Below, piece after piece: positions 38,433-50,529 of a DNA stretch of 64,000 nt. The first letter of the stretch is position 1; every line of letters starts with the position of its first letter. A program made the translations under genes and the position numbers. This DNA is from Octopus vulgaris (lineage: Eukaryota), in assembly GCA_951406725.2 (NCBI GenBank), contig OX597816.1, positions 90,086,001-90,150,000 on the forward strand, written 5' to 3'. The notes below the pieces were generated by a model that was not told where the DNA came from, did no database searches, and worked only from the letters and a program-made list of their open reading frames with translations.

Positions 38433-38809
38433 ATATATATGTATATATATATATATATATTATGAGCCCAATGAAGCACATGCAAATAGGAAGAGTCTCT
38501 CATTACTTTGGGTGATGTGTCAAAATAACAAGCTGATGCCTCAAGGGCATTTGGAAGCACCAACCCCAACATTTTATGTAGGTTTAAATAGTGCTTGGTC
38601 CTGCTTTCAGTGTGTGCTGAAATTCCATCTGGCCATTACTTTGAGGGTTTTATCTCATAGTTTTGCAAACAACAATATCCCTACATTGCAGGTAATCAAA
38701 ATGTTTTTAGACATAAAAGAAGACTCAGGATTAAATTGTATGAACTCATCTAACTAATGCTAAAGAATTTTTCTAATTCTGTGCTAAGCACAAATGATAC
38801 AGCTTTATG

Positions 38810-39268
38810 GTCTATAATGGATGAGGACAGCTGCATAAAGAAGTGCTAAGCTCTAATTGTAGAGGGAACCTGTGGACCAGGAAGACATGGGATGAAGTGG
38901 TTAGAAAGGATCTTTAGATGCTGGGCCTCACTAAGGAAATGACACGTTGTGGCGATTTGTTCTACTCGAGAAGATGTGCCAAGTTGAGTAAAATCACTGC
39001 AATCCATACATACAGGCTTGTCCTTTACAGGTACTGGTGCTACATAAAGTGCACTTGTGCTGGTGCTGCATGAACACACCCATGCCAGTGGCACATAAAA
39101 AATACCCAACACAGTCTGTAAAGTGGTAGGTGTTAGCAAAGGCATCCAACCACAATAAATCATGCCACAACAGACAACTGGAGTCTGGACAGCTCCCCAG
39201 CTGGCCAGTTCCATGTCAACCTGTCCAACTCATGCCAGCATGAAAAATAGACATTTGATGATGATGAT
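38810..39268 (+). mobile_element. RTE LINE 3' fragment
   Basis: MDEDSCIKKC...WDEVVRKDL followed by 3'UTR and (gat)n. Confidence 0.8.
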
Positions 39269-40017
39269 AAATCAGTAAAAAAAGGAAAAGAATAAAAAAC
39301 TCTGCCAGCTGCCAACAATATATTTTACTTGTTTCAGTCATTAGACTATGGCTATGCTGGACACTGCCTTGTTTTTTCTCTCCATCCTCTGTCCTCCGTT
39401 TCCATGGCTTGGAAGACAGCCACCTCTTCACTTCCAACAAGGACAGCTGTCACAATCCAAGCCACTTCTATATCAGGTGGGATTCCTTCTACCCTCACCT
39501 TAGAAGTCTTTCTTCCAAGGTACGTGGGTAGAAGTACCACTTCCTCCATTCTTATCATTGTATTCGCCAGCCTCTTTGACTCCTCCTATACTGGACAACC
39601 ACTGTCCCTTATCCATTTCTTTCCGCTATGTGTATCACTTCCTTTGAAAGCCCCTTCCATGCTTTTTCTACTTTTTCCATCTCCATCTGTTCCACCATCC
39701 TACAGATGTATCATTATTTTAATATTTTGATTTTAATGTTTTTCATGTTCATTTTCCTGTGTCATTTATAGCATCATATTTTATTTTAATTGTTATATGT
39801 CCCTACATGTGTTGTAGTGTCCCCCTCTATGTAATACCTTTATGGCAATTTAAAAGAAATAAAGAAGCTTGCTCCCCATCCACATGGTTCAGGGTTCAGT
39901 TCCACTGTGTGGCTAATGTCTTCTACAATAGCCACAGGCCAATCAAAGCCTTGTGAGTGGATTTTGTAGATGGAAACTGAAAGAAGCCCATTATATATAT
40001 GTGAGTGTGTATGTGTG

Positions 40018-40345
40018 GTCACCAACCACAAAGAGAAGGTCCCTGTCATTCGTCAATGAGGTAGTCTGCAAGAGAGTGTCATAAAATCGGTCTTTCTGTT
40101 CATCAGGTAGCCCTGACTGAGGGGCATAGGCCGAGATAATGGTTTCTAATCCATGTTGCAGCATTAGTCTAAGCTTAAGTATTCTGTCACGGATTCTGAC
40201 TGCCTCGATTAACTTATCAGCCCATTTCTCTGCAAGGAGTATACCCACACCCCCAACCCCCTCAGTGTTCCCTACTCAGAAAATCTTATACCTATGTCCT
40301 TTGCACGTGAGGAACCTAGCAAAACTTCCTCCCCACCTTATTTCT
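40018..40345 (-). mobile_element. RTE AP-endonuclease fragment (inverted relative to adjacent RT)
   Basis: GVGILLAEKW...IISAYAPQSG...KDRFYD...LFVVGD. Confidence 0.85.
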
Positions 40346-40379
40346 TGGATGCAGCACAAATCTACCTCAGCCCCCTCTC

Positions 40380-41740
40380 TTCATCATACTTCTCCAGGCA
40401 ATAGCAGAAGAATTCAAGACAGGCTGCTCCAGGGAGTTCCTCTATGCTGATGACCTTGTTCTAATAGCTGAGTCATTACCAGCATTAGAGAAGGAGTTTC
40501 AGGTGTGGAAGCAAGGATAGAATCGATGGACCTAAGAGTCAACCAAGAAAAAATCAAAGTCTTAGTAAGTAGGAAGGCAGACAAATCACAAATACCTTTA
40601 GGTAGATGGCCCTGCTCAATCTGTAGAAAAGATATAGGTAGAAACTCCATAAGATTTACCTGGTGTAAGCTATGGACACATAAGAGGTGCATCAATATCA
40701 AAGGAAGGTTAACTGAGAAGATAGTTTTTGTATGTGGCAGATGCACAGGAGCAATGAACACTGAAGATGTACAGAAAACAGATTCCATCACATGCCAGGG
40801 AAAAAACTAGAAGTAGTTGATAGCTACCATTATCTAGATGACCAAGTCAGTAGCAGGGGTTGATGTCCTGAGAGCATAGCTGTTAGAATAGCCTGGGCAA
40901 AGTTCAGAGAGCTCCTAGCTCTACTGGTGACAAAGGGCCTCTTCCTCAGAGTGAAAGGTAGACTGTATGATGCCTGTGTATGAGCCGCCATGCTACACGC
41001 CAGTGAAAGATGGGCTGTGATTGCTGAGGACATGTGTAGACTTGAAAGAAATGAAGCTAGTATGATTTGCTGAATGTCAGTGTACATATACAACAGAGTG
41101 TAGGCGCTCTGAGAAAAAAGTTGGAATAAGAAGCATCAGTTGTGGTATGCAAGAGAGATGACTGTGCTGCTATGGTCATTTGCTTCATATGGATGAGGAC
41201 AGCTGTGTGAAGAAGTGTTACACCCTAAGAGTGGAGGGAACCTGTGGAAGAGGCAAACCTAGGAAGACATAGGATGAAGTGATGAAACTTGACCTTTGAA
41301 TGTTGGGCCTCACAGAGGCAATGACATTTGACCAAGACCTTTGGAGAGGTGCTTGAGAAGGCCCAGCAAGCCAAGTGAGATCACAGGCATGGCCAATGCC
41401 AGTGTCATATAACTGGCCCGTTTAAAAGTACCTCTTCAATCACTGGGCAATATGCTGTGCTTGAGAAGACCTGTTGAGCCAGGTGAAATCGTAGTTGTGG
41501 CTGATGCCAGTTCCACCTGACTGGCACCTGTGCCAGTGGAACATAAAAGGCACTATTTGAGCATGGCTGATGCAGTGCCACCTGATTGGCTCCCATGCTT
41601 GTGGCACATAAAAAGCTCTATTTGAGCATGACCAATACCAGTGTCACCTGACTGGCTCCTGTACTGGTGGCATGTAAAAAGCACCATTTGTGCATGGTCA
41701 ATGCCAGTTCTACCCAAGTGGCTCGTAAAAACCACCCACT
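40380..41740 (+). mobile_element. RTE LINE RT C-terminal half and 3'UTR
   Basis: LYADDLVLIAES, GRWPCSIC, WTHKRC, subrepeated 3'UTR. Confidence 0.9.
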
Positions 41741-44348
41741 ACAACTTGACTATAATTTTCATGCAGTAACAGTAGAAATGTATTTTGAAAAGTTAATACA
41801 TGATTCAAACATCACCTACATAAGAACATCTCTTATTCACCAGCAGCTTTTAGGAAATGCTATTCTCACGTTACAAATCAATAAATCATTTTGCTCAGAG
41901 GGACAATGAAGTATTTTGCTTTAAAAAAAAACACTATCAACACTTGTTGGACAATCTTTTAAATCTGAAATGCTACTACTTGTGGTAAATACATTTTTCA
42001 CAGTTGGAAAGACTATCCTTCTTGTCATATAAACATCACTTGTGAAAAAAGGGCTGCATTTTAAAAGGGTAAATGTTAAATAAAACATTGCAAAACCATG
42101 AAAAAGGCAGGTTTCAGTTTTTATTTCTTATTACATATGTTTTGTACAATTAGTGTTACAGAATTACAAAGTTAAAATTTTGTAGAAGAGGTCCCAATTG
42201 ATAATTATTTTATCTATGCTTATGATTGCATTAGTTCAGGTAGCTTTAAAAGTGCTGCTGTGGGTGGAAAACTTTCTGTTGCTATACAACTAATTATGCA
42301 GGAGATCTTTATGGCACAGTGTGATCTGAACACTAAAATGACAAAGGTTACTGTGCTTCTGACATTTAGATAACTATTCTACCAATTTTGATGTCCTCAA
42401 ACTTTTCAAAAGCTATATAAACAACTCATAATTCACTAGTTCTTATCATTGAAAAATCAAAGACATCACACTGTTGCAACAGTCTCTAACTGAAATTTAA
42501 TGCTCTTTCCAAATTTCTAATATCACTCACCTCCACCTTTATCTACTTGCTTACTGCCAATCACTCCTTTTTTCCTCAACCACCTCTATATATACCCCTG
42601 TACTCTTCCCATCATATTCTCGTTCTCTTCACCCTCCTACCCATTCTGGTCCTTCTCATGTCATTGTTCTTTCTCTTCAACTCCCTGCTCCACTTGGTCA
42701 CCAGTGCAATGTACATGTTCTTATTTATTGAGTATTCTCTATCCCTACATCTACTTCCTTATCTTCAGTCCACCTCTCTAATACTCATTTGTGGCCTTTC
42801 TCTTGTAATTGTTCCCTTTCCAATTTTATATTTACTGTTTACAAGCCCCCACCCAACTGTTTACATTGTAAAGTGGTTAGCTAGAAAAGCATAGAAAGTG
42901 ATGTCCCTCTACTTCTGTCTCAGTAAGTGTTATTTAATCTTTCTAGCATTGGTTTTGTGAGAAAATGCACTCAATACACTGTAATGTAGTTGGCATCAGG
43001 AAAGCATCTAGCCATAGAAAACAAACCAAATGATACATATAAGCACTTAGACTTTGAGATCAGTAGCTCCAAATAGGAGACAACTCAGACTGTGATAACT
43101 TATCTAATCCATGTCAGCATGGAAAACAGACATAAAATGACAATGATGATGATGATGATGACTGCAACAAAATCTCAACAATTTAGTCACTTTGGCTAAT
43201 AGGTTATTTTCTGAAGGTGCCACTGAAAACAGCATGTCATCATGGCATGCAAAAATTGTAGTGATAATGGACGGGATTAACTGATGTAAGAAACATCTGT
43301 GTGTGGACTACTAATAAACAGTTAGATAAAGTAAATAGGCTATCTGCATACAGATTGTTTGGTACGACTTTAAAACATGTAATCTATCTGGCAGTTTACA
43401 CCTTAGCATGCAGTCTAAACCTAATGTTAAATTTAAGTTCTAAATCCTAACCCAGATCAGGTCATTCCACAGCAAGACTTTTGATGCTGTCATAGATTGC
43501 ACACTAAAGTAACACCAGTTATTCTCAATCTTCAATCTTAAGAAAGTATATCATCAAATACTTCTGCTGGAGTCTGACAGAAAATACACAGCATTTGAAG
43601 CAAATGGCAGATTTCCTCAATTTTATTATTTCATTTGTGTTACTATTCCCAGAAACTAGTTGCAGAACCGTGGTAGAAGACAGCTTGAAAGATAACCTAT
43701 CCCTATTTGCAAGACAAAACAAAGCCAAACATAATTTGAATGCTATGTCACTTCAATTTAAAGAGACAAGTTAAAATTGCATAACAACCAGTAGAATGCT
43801 TGTGCATGGGCAGAGAGGAAAATTGGGTGATGGATGCAATAGTATTTATTATGTGCTAATGCAGTGTTTCTCGTAGTGATAGTCCTCTCCTTAGAAGGGA
43901 TGCAAAAGAGCTGATAAATTGCTTTATTTTAATAAAATGAGATGATTTTAAACTTTTCAGACATCATGGAGAAGCAAGAATTATATGGATGCAAACTATT
44001 TTGTTTTCACACTCATAAAGAAGGATAGTAAAAACATTTCCCTAATATTTGTTAGGAGGTGGGATATTTATAAGTTCGATAAAAACTGTATTGGGTATTT
44101 CTTATTTCTGTTGGGTGAATGCCATTATTATCAAAAGCCATGAGAGGAGTTAATTAAAAACTGGAATTTTGAAAGAAAAAAAATCTTTTAGAGACGTAAT
44201 TTCTGTATTATTTGTTCACCTTTGACTATATTGTATAATATGTCTTTCTTTATATATATACTGTTTGAGATGTGTGGTTTGAGGGAGATTGAGACCTATC
44301 ATGGTAACTCTAAGTGTCGTCTGCTAGTTGTGGATTAGCATGCATCTA

Positions 44349-44358
44349 CGCATGCGCA
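44349..44358. promoter_or_regulatory. NRF1-like site CGCATGCGCA at edge of CpG-rich domain
   Basis: Close match to the NRF1 consensus; CpG density rises here; AG|GTGAAT donor-like site at ~44432. Confidence 0.35.
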
Positions 44359-44929
44359 AATGAAATGGACGAGTCCAAAAACTTCTGGAAGGTTGGTGTT
44401 GCATGTTCGTATACAGAAAACCGGGAGGGAAGGTGAATAACAAAAAAATTGAAATAGAAAAAAAAAAATTTCACAATCGTAATCATATTTTAATACTTAT
44501 AGAAAAAAAAATTGGAGAAAGTTAAAACAAGAGATTGTGAGAAAATTAAATTTTATACATCTGTTTTGTTTTATGTTGGCATAATTGTAATTTTCGTTGT
44601 TGAAAATGCAGTAATTTGAAAAAAAATTTCGAAAAAATTAATGGATGGGATGACAGTCTGACACGGGTAGCAAACCATTCGCAGAACGAAAATCAAGCTT
44701 AGAACGTAATAAATGAACACATCTTCAACAATATATATGGGACAGTGACTCTAGAAATACAGAAAACTATAAACAACACCATGTGAATATTTGGTTGAAA
44801 AACCCTTTTCGATAGAAAAAGTCTAAGGCTGTTCATGGGACACGAATCCACATCTACACATAAATGTACACACACACAAATACACATTCCTACATGCCTT
44901 ATTTCCTTCCATATCGGCTACATCTAATG

Positions 44930-45640
44930 GCATTCCTACATATGCGTGCCCCGACTTTGTCTCCCCGTAACTTCCAGAAATATTGATATTTTATTATGAA
45001 AAGTTTCAACAAATATGTTTCGGGGGTAGGGTAGATTCCGATTATATCGGAAATTGAGAAAAAAACAAAAACAAAAAACAAACTGTGTCATTAGGTGGAA
45101 ATATGAGTTTCGGAAAATTCACACGAGTTGGCTTGGTTTCGTCATAACGTTCAGAAAAATGGGTATTTTTTAATGAAATTTTCTACAAATGCCTTTCATT
45201 ACAAATTATATCGATAGTTAGTGTGAAAAGAAAAATAGTGTACACACACATTGTCAGGCATCACAATTTTTTCGAAATTTCAAGTTTCTTTTTGTTGATA
45301 TATGTGATGTGCATTAGTATGTGTGCAGGGCCCACCAATTTTTTATTTTCATATTAAATTCCGATATAATCCTGACACATTCTGAAAGGTATCTATTGAA
45401 AATTTCATTAAAAAAATTTATCCATTTTTCAGAAAGTTGTAAGTAAACAAAGCCGACTCGTGTGAATTTTCCGAAAATTTTCACCTTCACCCTCGGAAAA
45501 AAATTGTTCACCATATATCCCAATACAATCAGAATCTACACCTTGTGATGCATATTTGTAAAAAAATTCATTAAAAAATATTTTTCTGGAAGTTATGAGC
45601 CAAAAAATCGGGAGTGGGGGGTTAGCACACATGTAGAAAT
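44930..45640. mobile_element. Long palindromic (foldback/MITE-like) element
   Basis: aaaattcacacgagttggctt / aagccgactcgtgtgaatttt and taacttccagaaa / tttctggaagtta mirrored; related copy at 48830-49590. Confidence 0.7.
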
Positions 45641-46079
45641 ATTTAATTTATTTATAGGTTGTAAAGAATAAGGGCTGTGTCGATACAATTTTAAGGTCTT
45701 CTGCTACATATGTGGGACGCAGAGATGAATAGCAGAAGAGGTTAAATAATAACCTAAACAATATTGACAATACACAACTCAACTGTCCTTTTTATTAGCA
45801 ACAGATTTTCTTTTGTTAGCTTTTATTCTTTTATTGTTTATCCTCGGTCAACTCTGACCTGACAGACCAAATTCCAATCGTAAACAACCCGTCTCCTCAC
45901 TCCACCTAACTAATGTGTCTTTTTATATTTTTACATACGATTTGGTGTGGTTCGAGGCAGATTTGGCTGCTATTTCTACAACTCGGAAGCCCACATTGCG
46001 GCTCCCTCGTTTATTATGAAGGGTTGTGTTCAAACTGTCAATTGGAGAATTAAGTTTTTTTCTTTTTTTTTTTTTCGGA

Positions 46080-46490
46080 ATTGCCCTGTCAGGCACCCAA
46101 ACATCAGAGTCAGAAACACCCAATTTTCACTAATTGTTCATTGACGGTACTTGTGGAAACTTCTAACTTCTCTAGTCGTAATACTCGAGTTTTCTTCAAT
46201 TGTTACCTTTCAAATATTGTCATCTATGGTTGAGGGCCTTCCACAATGGTTTGCTACCCGTGTCAGACTGTCTTTTCAGCTGAAGTCACGTCTAAATTTT
46301 GTAAACCATCTTCGAACAGTTGATTCATCTACAACACCAACTCAACAAATGATTTTATACGTTTTCGCAGTATTTTCACTTTTTACAGAAGAAAAGCATT
46401 ATGTGACGAATATGCAATTTTTGGTTATTCATTTCAAACGACAATTAGGGCTAATTTTTTTAATACTGAAAGCAATTCTGAAATAAATCA
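46080..46490 (-). mobile_element. Mariner transposase 5' remnant
   Basis: VVDESTVRRWFTKF...GRPSTIDD...DVWVP on the minus strand. Confidence 0.65.
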
Positions 46491-46567
46491 TACCACGATT
46501 ATGATTGTTGTATTAAGGGCTTAAAGACACAAATTCTGAAATCGCTCAGAATGTTTGAACAATCTGA

Positions 46568-46981
46568 GGATCTTTTCGGTTTGAACGGCAGTTTTTTAAA
46601 ATAATTTCCACGTAACTAAACACTTTTAAACTTCGTATACTGGTAGAATTTGTTTATAAAACATCTTTTTCTCTTGGCTTTATTGAGAAAATTCTATAGT
46701 TTGTAAGATATTTGTTGTTTTTTTCTTCAATTTCTGCAATTTCAACCAATCAATGACATCTATTGAGGTGAAAACATTCTGTGTCGTATGAATATGTCCC
46801 TCGTTTAAGAAACAGATTGGGTTTATTTACATTTGTGAATAAAAAAGACACCCTTCCCCCACCCCTTCCCCTAACCCTAAAACAGATTGAAATGCAATAG
46901 ATCGATACTAGGGTCATAATTATGGGTGACAATTTCATATGACACCGCTAGGAAAAACTGCCGTTCAAACCGAAAAGATCC
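46568..46981. mobile_element. MITE copy 2 with intact 8-bp TSD
   Basis: GGATC...GATCC TIRs flanked by CAATCTGA at 46560-46567 and 46982-46989. Confidence 0.92.
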
Positions 46982-47410
46982 CAATCTGATATATTTGTTT
47001 TCCTTTCCCTTTTTTAACCTGCCGCTCGAAACTTCAGGTTATATATTTCCTTCCCTTCGCACATACAGTACTATGCACGAATTCCATTCACTACTTTATA
47101 AGCCGTATAAGAATAAATTAGTTTGCACAGACACATATGTTTAACCAATGAAATACCGTCTTTAGTAGAAAACGATAAATATCAGTTACTTACTAAATAT
47201 GATTGTTGAATTCTATAGTCCTTTCCGAATCTAGTGCTAATAACAGGTTACTTGTTGAGAAAGACTCTTGCCACTCCCCGTTGAACCAGTGAGTGGATTC
47301 AGTTGGAAAGTCATTTTCCTTCTGAAAAGACAATATTCTGGTGACTGTCAACTTGCTGAATAACTTGAAGAGATACTAGTCTGCGCAGTATCCTATCCCC
47401 TTTGGGAAGG

Positions 47411-47665
47411 ATGGCGGACACCGAACATGATTCTCCGAATAGCGGAGGTGGTCAACAGCATCAGCAACCTGCTCAAGCTGTGGCCGAATTAAGTGAATTT
47501 ACTGCATTTTTGGGACGGATGGTCTCTGTTGTTTTTGAAGATACTACAGCATCTATCACCGAAGCTTTTAAAAGGGCGTTGGTCGATAAGACGAATACAG
47601 ATTGCATTCGGAAGTTTTTGTCTGATCCCCAAATCCCCATTTTGCTTGTGCAGAGATCATCACCG
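47411..47665 (+). CDS. DYNC1H1: Cytoplasmic dynein 1 heavy chain exon 1 (3' boundary uncertain)
   Basis: MADTEH...CIRKFLSDPQIPILLVQRSS matches human MRKFLSDPQVHTVLVERST; no phase-compatible GT donor found. Confidence 0.85.
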
Positions 47666-47683
47666 GTTTCTTATTAGGAAGTG
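47664..47683 (+). repeat. 20-bp perfect direct repeat, copy 1
   Basis: CGGTTTCTTATTAGGAAGTG; identical copy at 48264-48283. Confidence 0.97.
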
Positions 47684-48263
47684 ATCCTTTATATATAATG
47701 AAGAGCATTTTTGTCACGCCTACTTAGGTAACTTTTAGGCATAATTTAGTCCCTACTAAAGTAATTATAATTTACTTTTAATTTGTATATTATTTAAAGT
47801 TTTATCTTATATATGGGACTGTTTTGAATATCTCTGTACTTAGATTTAATATATACCTCAATGAAGGGATATGACACTACAACCAAAAAAATAAATAAAA
47901 CGTAAATATCAGTTACTTCAATAATTGTTGAATTCTATAGTTTTCCAATCTAGTGCTAATAAAAATTATTGAATCCATTCCACATGAAAATCCAGTAAAA
48001 CGGAGATTCTGAGTTAACCTTTTGGTTTAATCTTGCGTTTCAAAAAAAAAAAAAAAAGTTGAAAAAATCGACATTACTCCTTTAGGTGCGTAGTTAAATG
48101 CGTTATCAATGCGGTATTTATTGAAGCAGACCGTATATGCATATATTGGGTTAATCATATATGCACCTAGTGTGGCAACCGCTTTATATATATGTATATA
48201 AAGCATGCAGTTGTTTTGGGGTTGAGAATTTGCATATAAGTTTGTCATAATCAGCTATGAGGA

Positions 48264-48283
48264 CGGTTTCTTATTAGGAAGTG
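48264..48283 (+). repeat. 20-bp perfect direct repeat, copy 2
   Basis: CGGTTTCTTATTAGGAAGTG, exactly 600 bp after copy 1; flanks differ on both sides. Confidence 0.97.
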
Positions 48284-48829
48284 CAGTAAAATATTTTAAA
48301 CACTTTATTCTGTGGCAATTATTTTGTGTGTATTCAATGCCTTTTTTTTATTAGTTTTTGGCGTGTTGGGTTATATTTTGTGTTAATATATAACAAAGAC
48401 AAAATTTAATACAAGACAAAAGCTCATCGGGATCGTGTGAATGACTAATTCCCCTATCCACAAAATTACGTAAAATGAGAGAAAAAATATTACGTTTGAC
48501 AAAAAGAATTTCTTTTAAAATGCTTCCAGTTCTTTGCTTTATGAAGAGAGTAAAATATTGAAGTAAAATTGTATTTTGTGTGTGTTTTTAAAATACGTAA
48601 TTTGAAATGACAGTATTGTCGCAACCAACGAAAGATGACTGCTGCCCTTCACAATCGCTATAATGAATGACATCAGTGCGTTGCGTCAGTAGAATGCGAA
48701 TTGATCCCAATTGGTTATCATTTTATTTCTGAAAGTATTAGTCAATTCGGACGACAAAGCGGCCTAAAACGAAAATTTGCGACAGTGTCAGCCAATAAAG
48801 TCACAGTTAGTCGGCTCATGAAGACTTCG

Positions 48830-49590
48830 GCATACCTACCCAAGTCCTCCCCACCGATTTTGTTTCCTCATAATTTTCAAAAAAAAAAAAAAAAAAAAAT
48901 CAAATCAAATCAAATGTCATTTTCTTCAAATAAATTCCAGACGGTGTACATTCGGATTATATGTGATTTTTTTTTTCTCTCTCGGAGTGTGGGTAACAGT
49001 AGTTTCACAAATTCACACGAGTCGACTGTTTTCTCTTCCAGAAAAAGTTTCTACAAATACCTTTCGAGCGGTGTCGATTACCTTTATATCGAAATTTATT
49101 GTGGAAAACAAAAGCAAAAACGGTGGGCGGGTACACATAACATACTAACACATCACATCACATACGTGTCTACAAAATAAAACTTGAAATTATGAAAAGA
49201 TCGTGATGTTTGTATGTGCGTCCGCCAATATTTTTTCATATTACATTTTGAATAAATTAGCACTGTCTGAAAGGTATTTGTAGAAAATAGCTATTTTTTC
49301 TGAAAGTTATGACCAAACAGTCGGCTAGTTGCGGTGGTGACGTCGAACTTGTATGCCAATTTTCGATCTTGCTACCTAATTGCGAAAATGCAACTGGTGG
49401 AATACAGGCCGACGTTTTAAATGGGTTTGCGGACGGTGTTTCAGAATAGCGTTTACTATCCCTCGGAGAAGAAAAAGGGCACGGAATTGGGGAGTAAAAT
49501 ATATAAATATGGAAATTTTGAAGGAAAAAAATTCGGCAAGACTTCATTTTGCCCCCCCCCCCCCCAATACCCCTTAATTTTTTTCTACAC
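48830..49590. mobile_element. Foldback-like element related to 44930-45640
   Basis: Shared aaattcacacgagt and ctacaaataccttt / aaaggtatttgtag motifs. Confidence 0.6.
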
Positions 49591-49879
49591 AAACCCAGTT
49601 TTCTGAATATCTACTTAATATCTCACAAAGATGCAACATTTCTGTACTTAATGATATTGGTGATGTAGAACTGCACTAAGCTTTTTTTTTATTCTAAAAG
49701 TATTTAGCTGTGTTGATCAACACCCTTGTAATTGCAAATCTATGTAGTTTACTAAAGTAGCCATGAAATTATGAATAATTGTAGCATTGGGGGTAGGTGC
49801 AGATATGTTTTCCATGCAAATGTCTTTCCAGAGAGTTTATGGACTTTCCTGTCTTAGATTTCTAAGATACAGATCAAGG

Positions 49880-50045
49880 GGATGATTAAGTTTGCTTTTG
49901 CATCAGTCAAATATTCCATTTGTTCTGGAACCAATTGACTTGTCTTCTCTTGATGGCAAAAGACCAGATATCATTGTTATTGGAATGCAAGACACTACTT
50001 TGAGATGTCACTGTGGTGGATATTTTTGCCAGACATATACTGAAT
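49880..50045 (+). mobile_element. Restriction-like endonuclease remnant of a CRE/R2-group non-LTR element
   Basis: IPFVLEPIDLSSLDGKRPD...(W)DVTVVD resembles the LEP..DGKRPD..WD.T RLE motif. Confidence 0.55.
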
Positions 50046-50529
50046 TGGGATCGTTTCAGCTGCTGTCACTAATTTTGCATTTTCTCAGTTTTGTTCCAAC
50101 TGTTTTCAAATTTGGTTTACCAATTTAGTTTTGTATGATAATTATGAAAATAAAATTCATTTTTGCCATGGATTAATAAAAAGCTAATGGTTCTGTTTTT
50201 TTTTATAAGCAGAACAAAGATTACTAAATATTCAGTGTTATCTACTAATTATCTCAAACAACTACTTTTAAAACTGCTGGTGTTTCCCTTTAACAGAATC
50301 ATTTTTATCTGATTTTAGTTTAAAGCTTGTGACAATTGGAGAGTGGTGAAAAGACACTAAACCTCCTAAATGATTGTACAAAGCAATGCTCGCAGTGTCC
50401 TTTCTTGTCTCTGCTATTTTCCTCCATGTACATAGAAATTTTAATGAAACAATTCGAAAGGAAAGCAGTTTAAAGATTTTTCATGCATACATACATTGGC
50501 TTTGTACATACATTGGCTTTGTACATACA

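Noticed and set aside
47681-47690. GTGATCCTTT as a U12 donor for dynein exon 1
   Set aside because: Does not match RTATCCTTT, lies after an in-frame stop, is phase 0, and the exon-2 acceptor is U2-like
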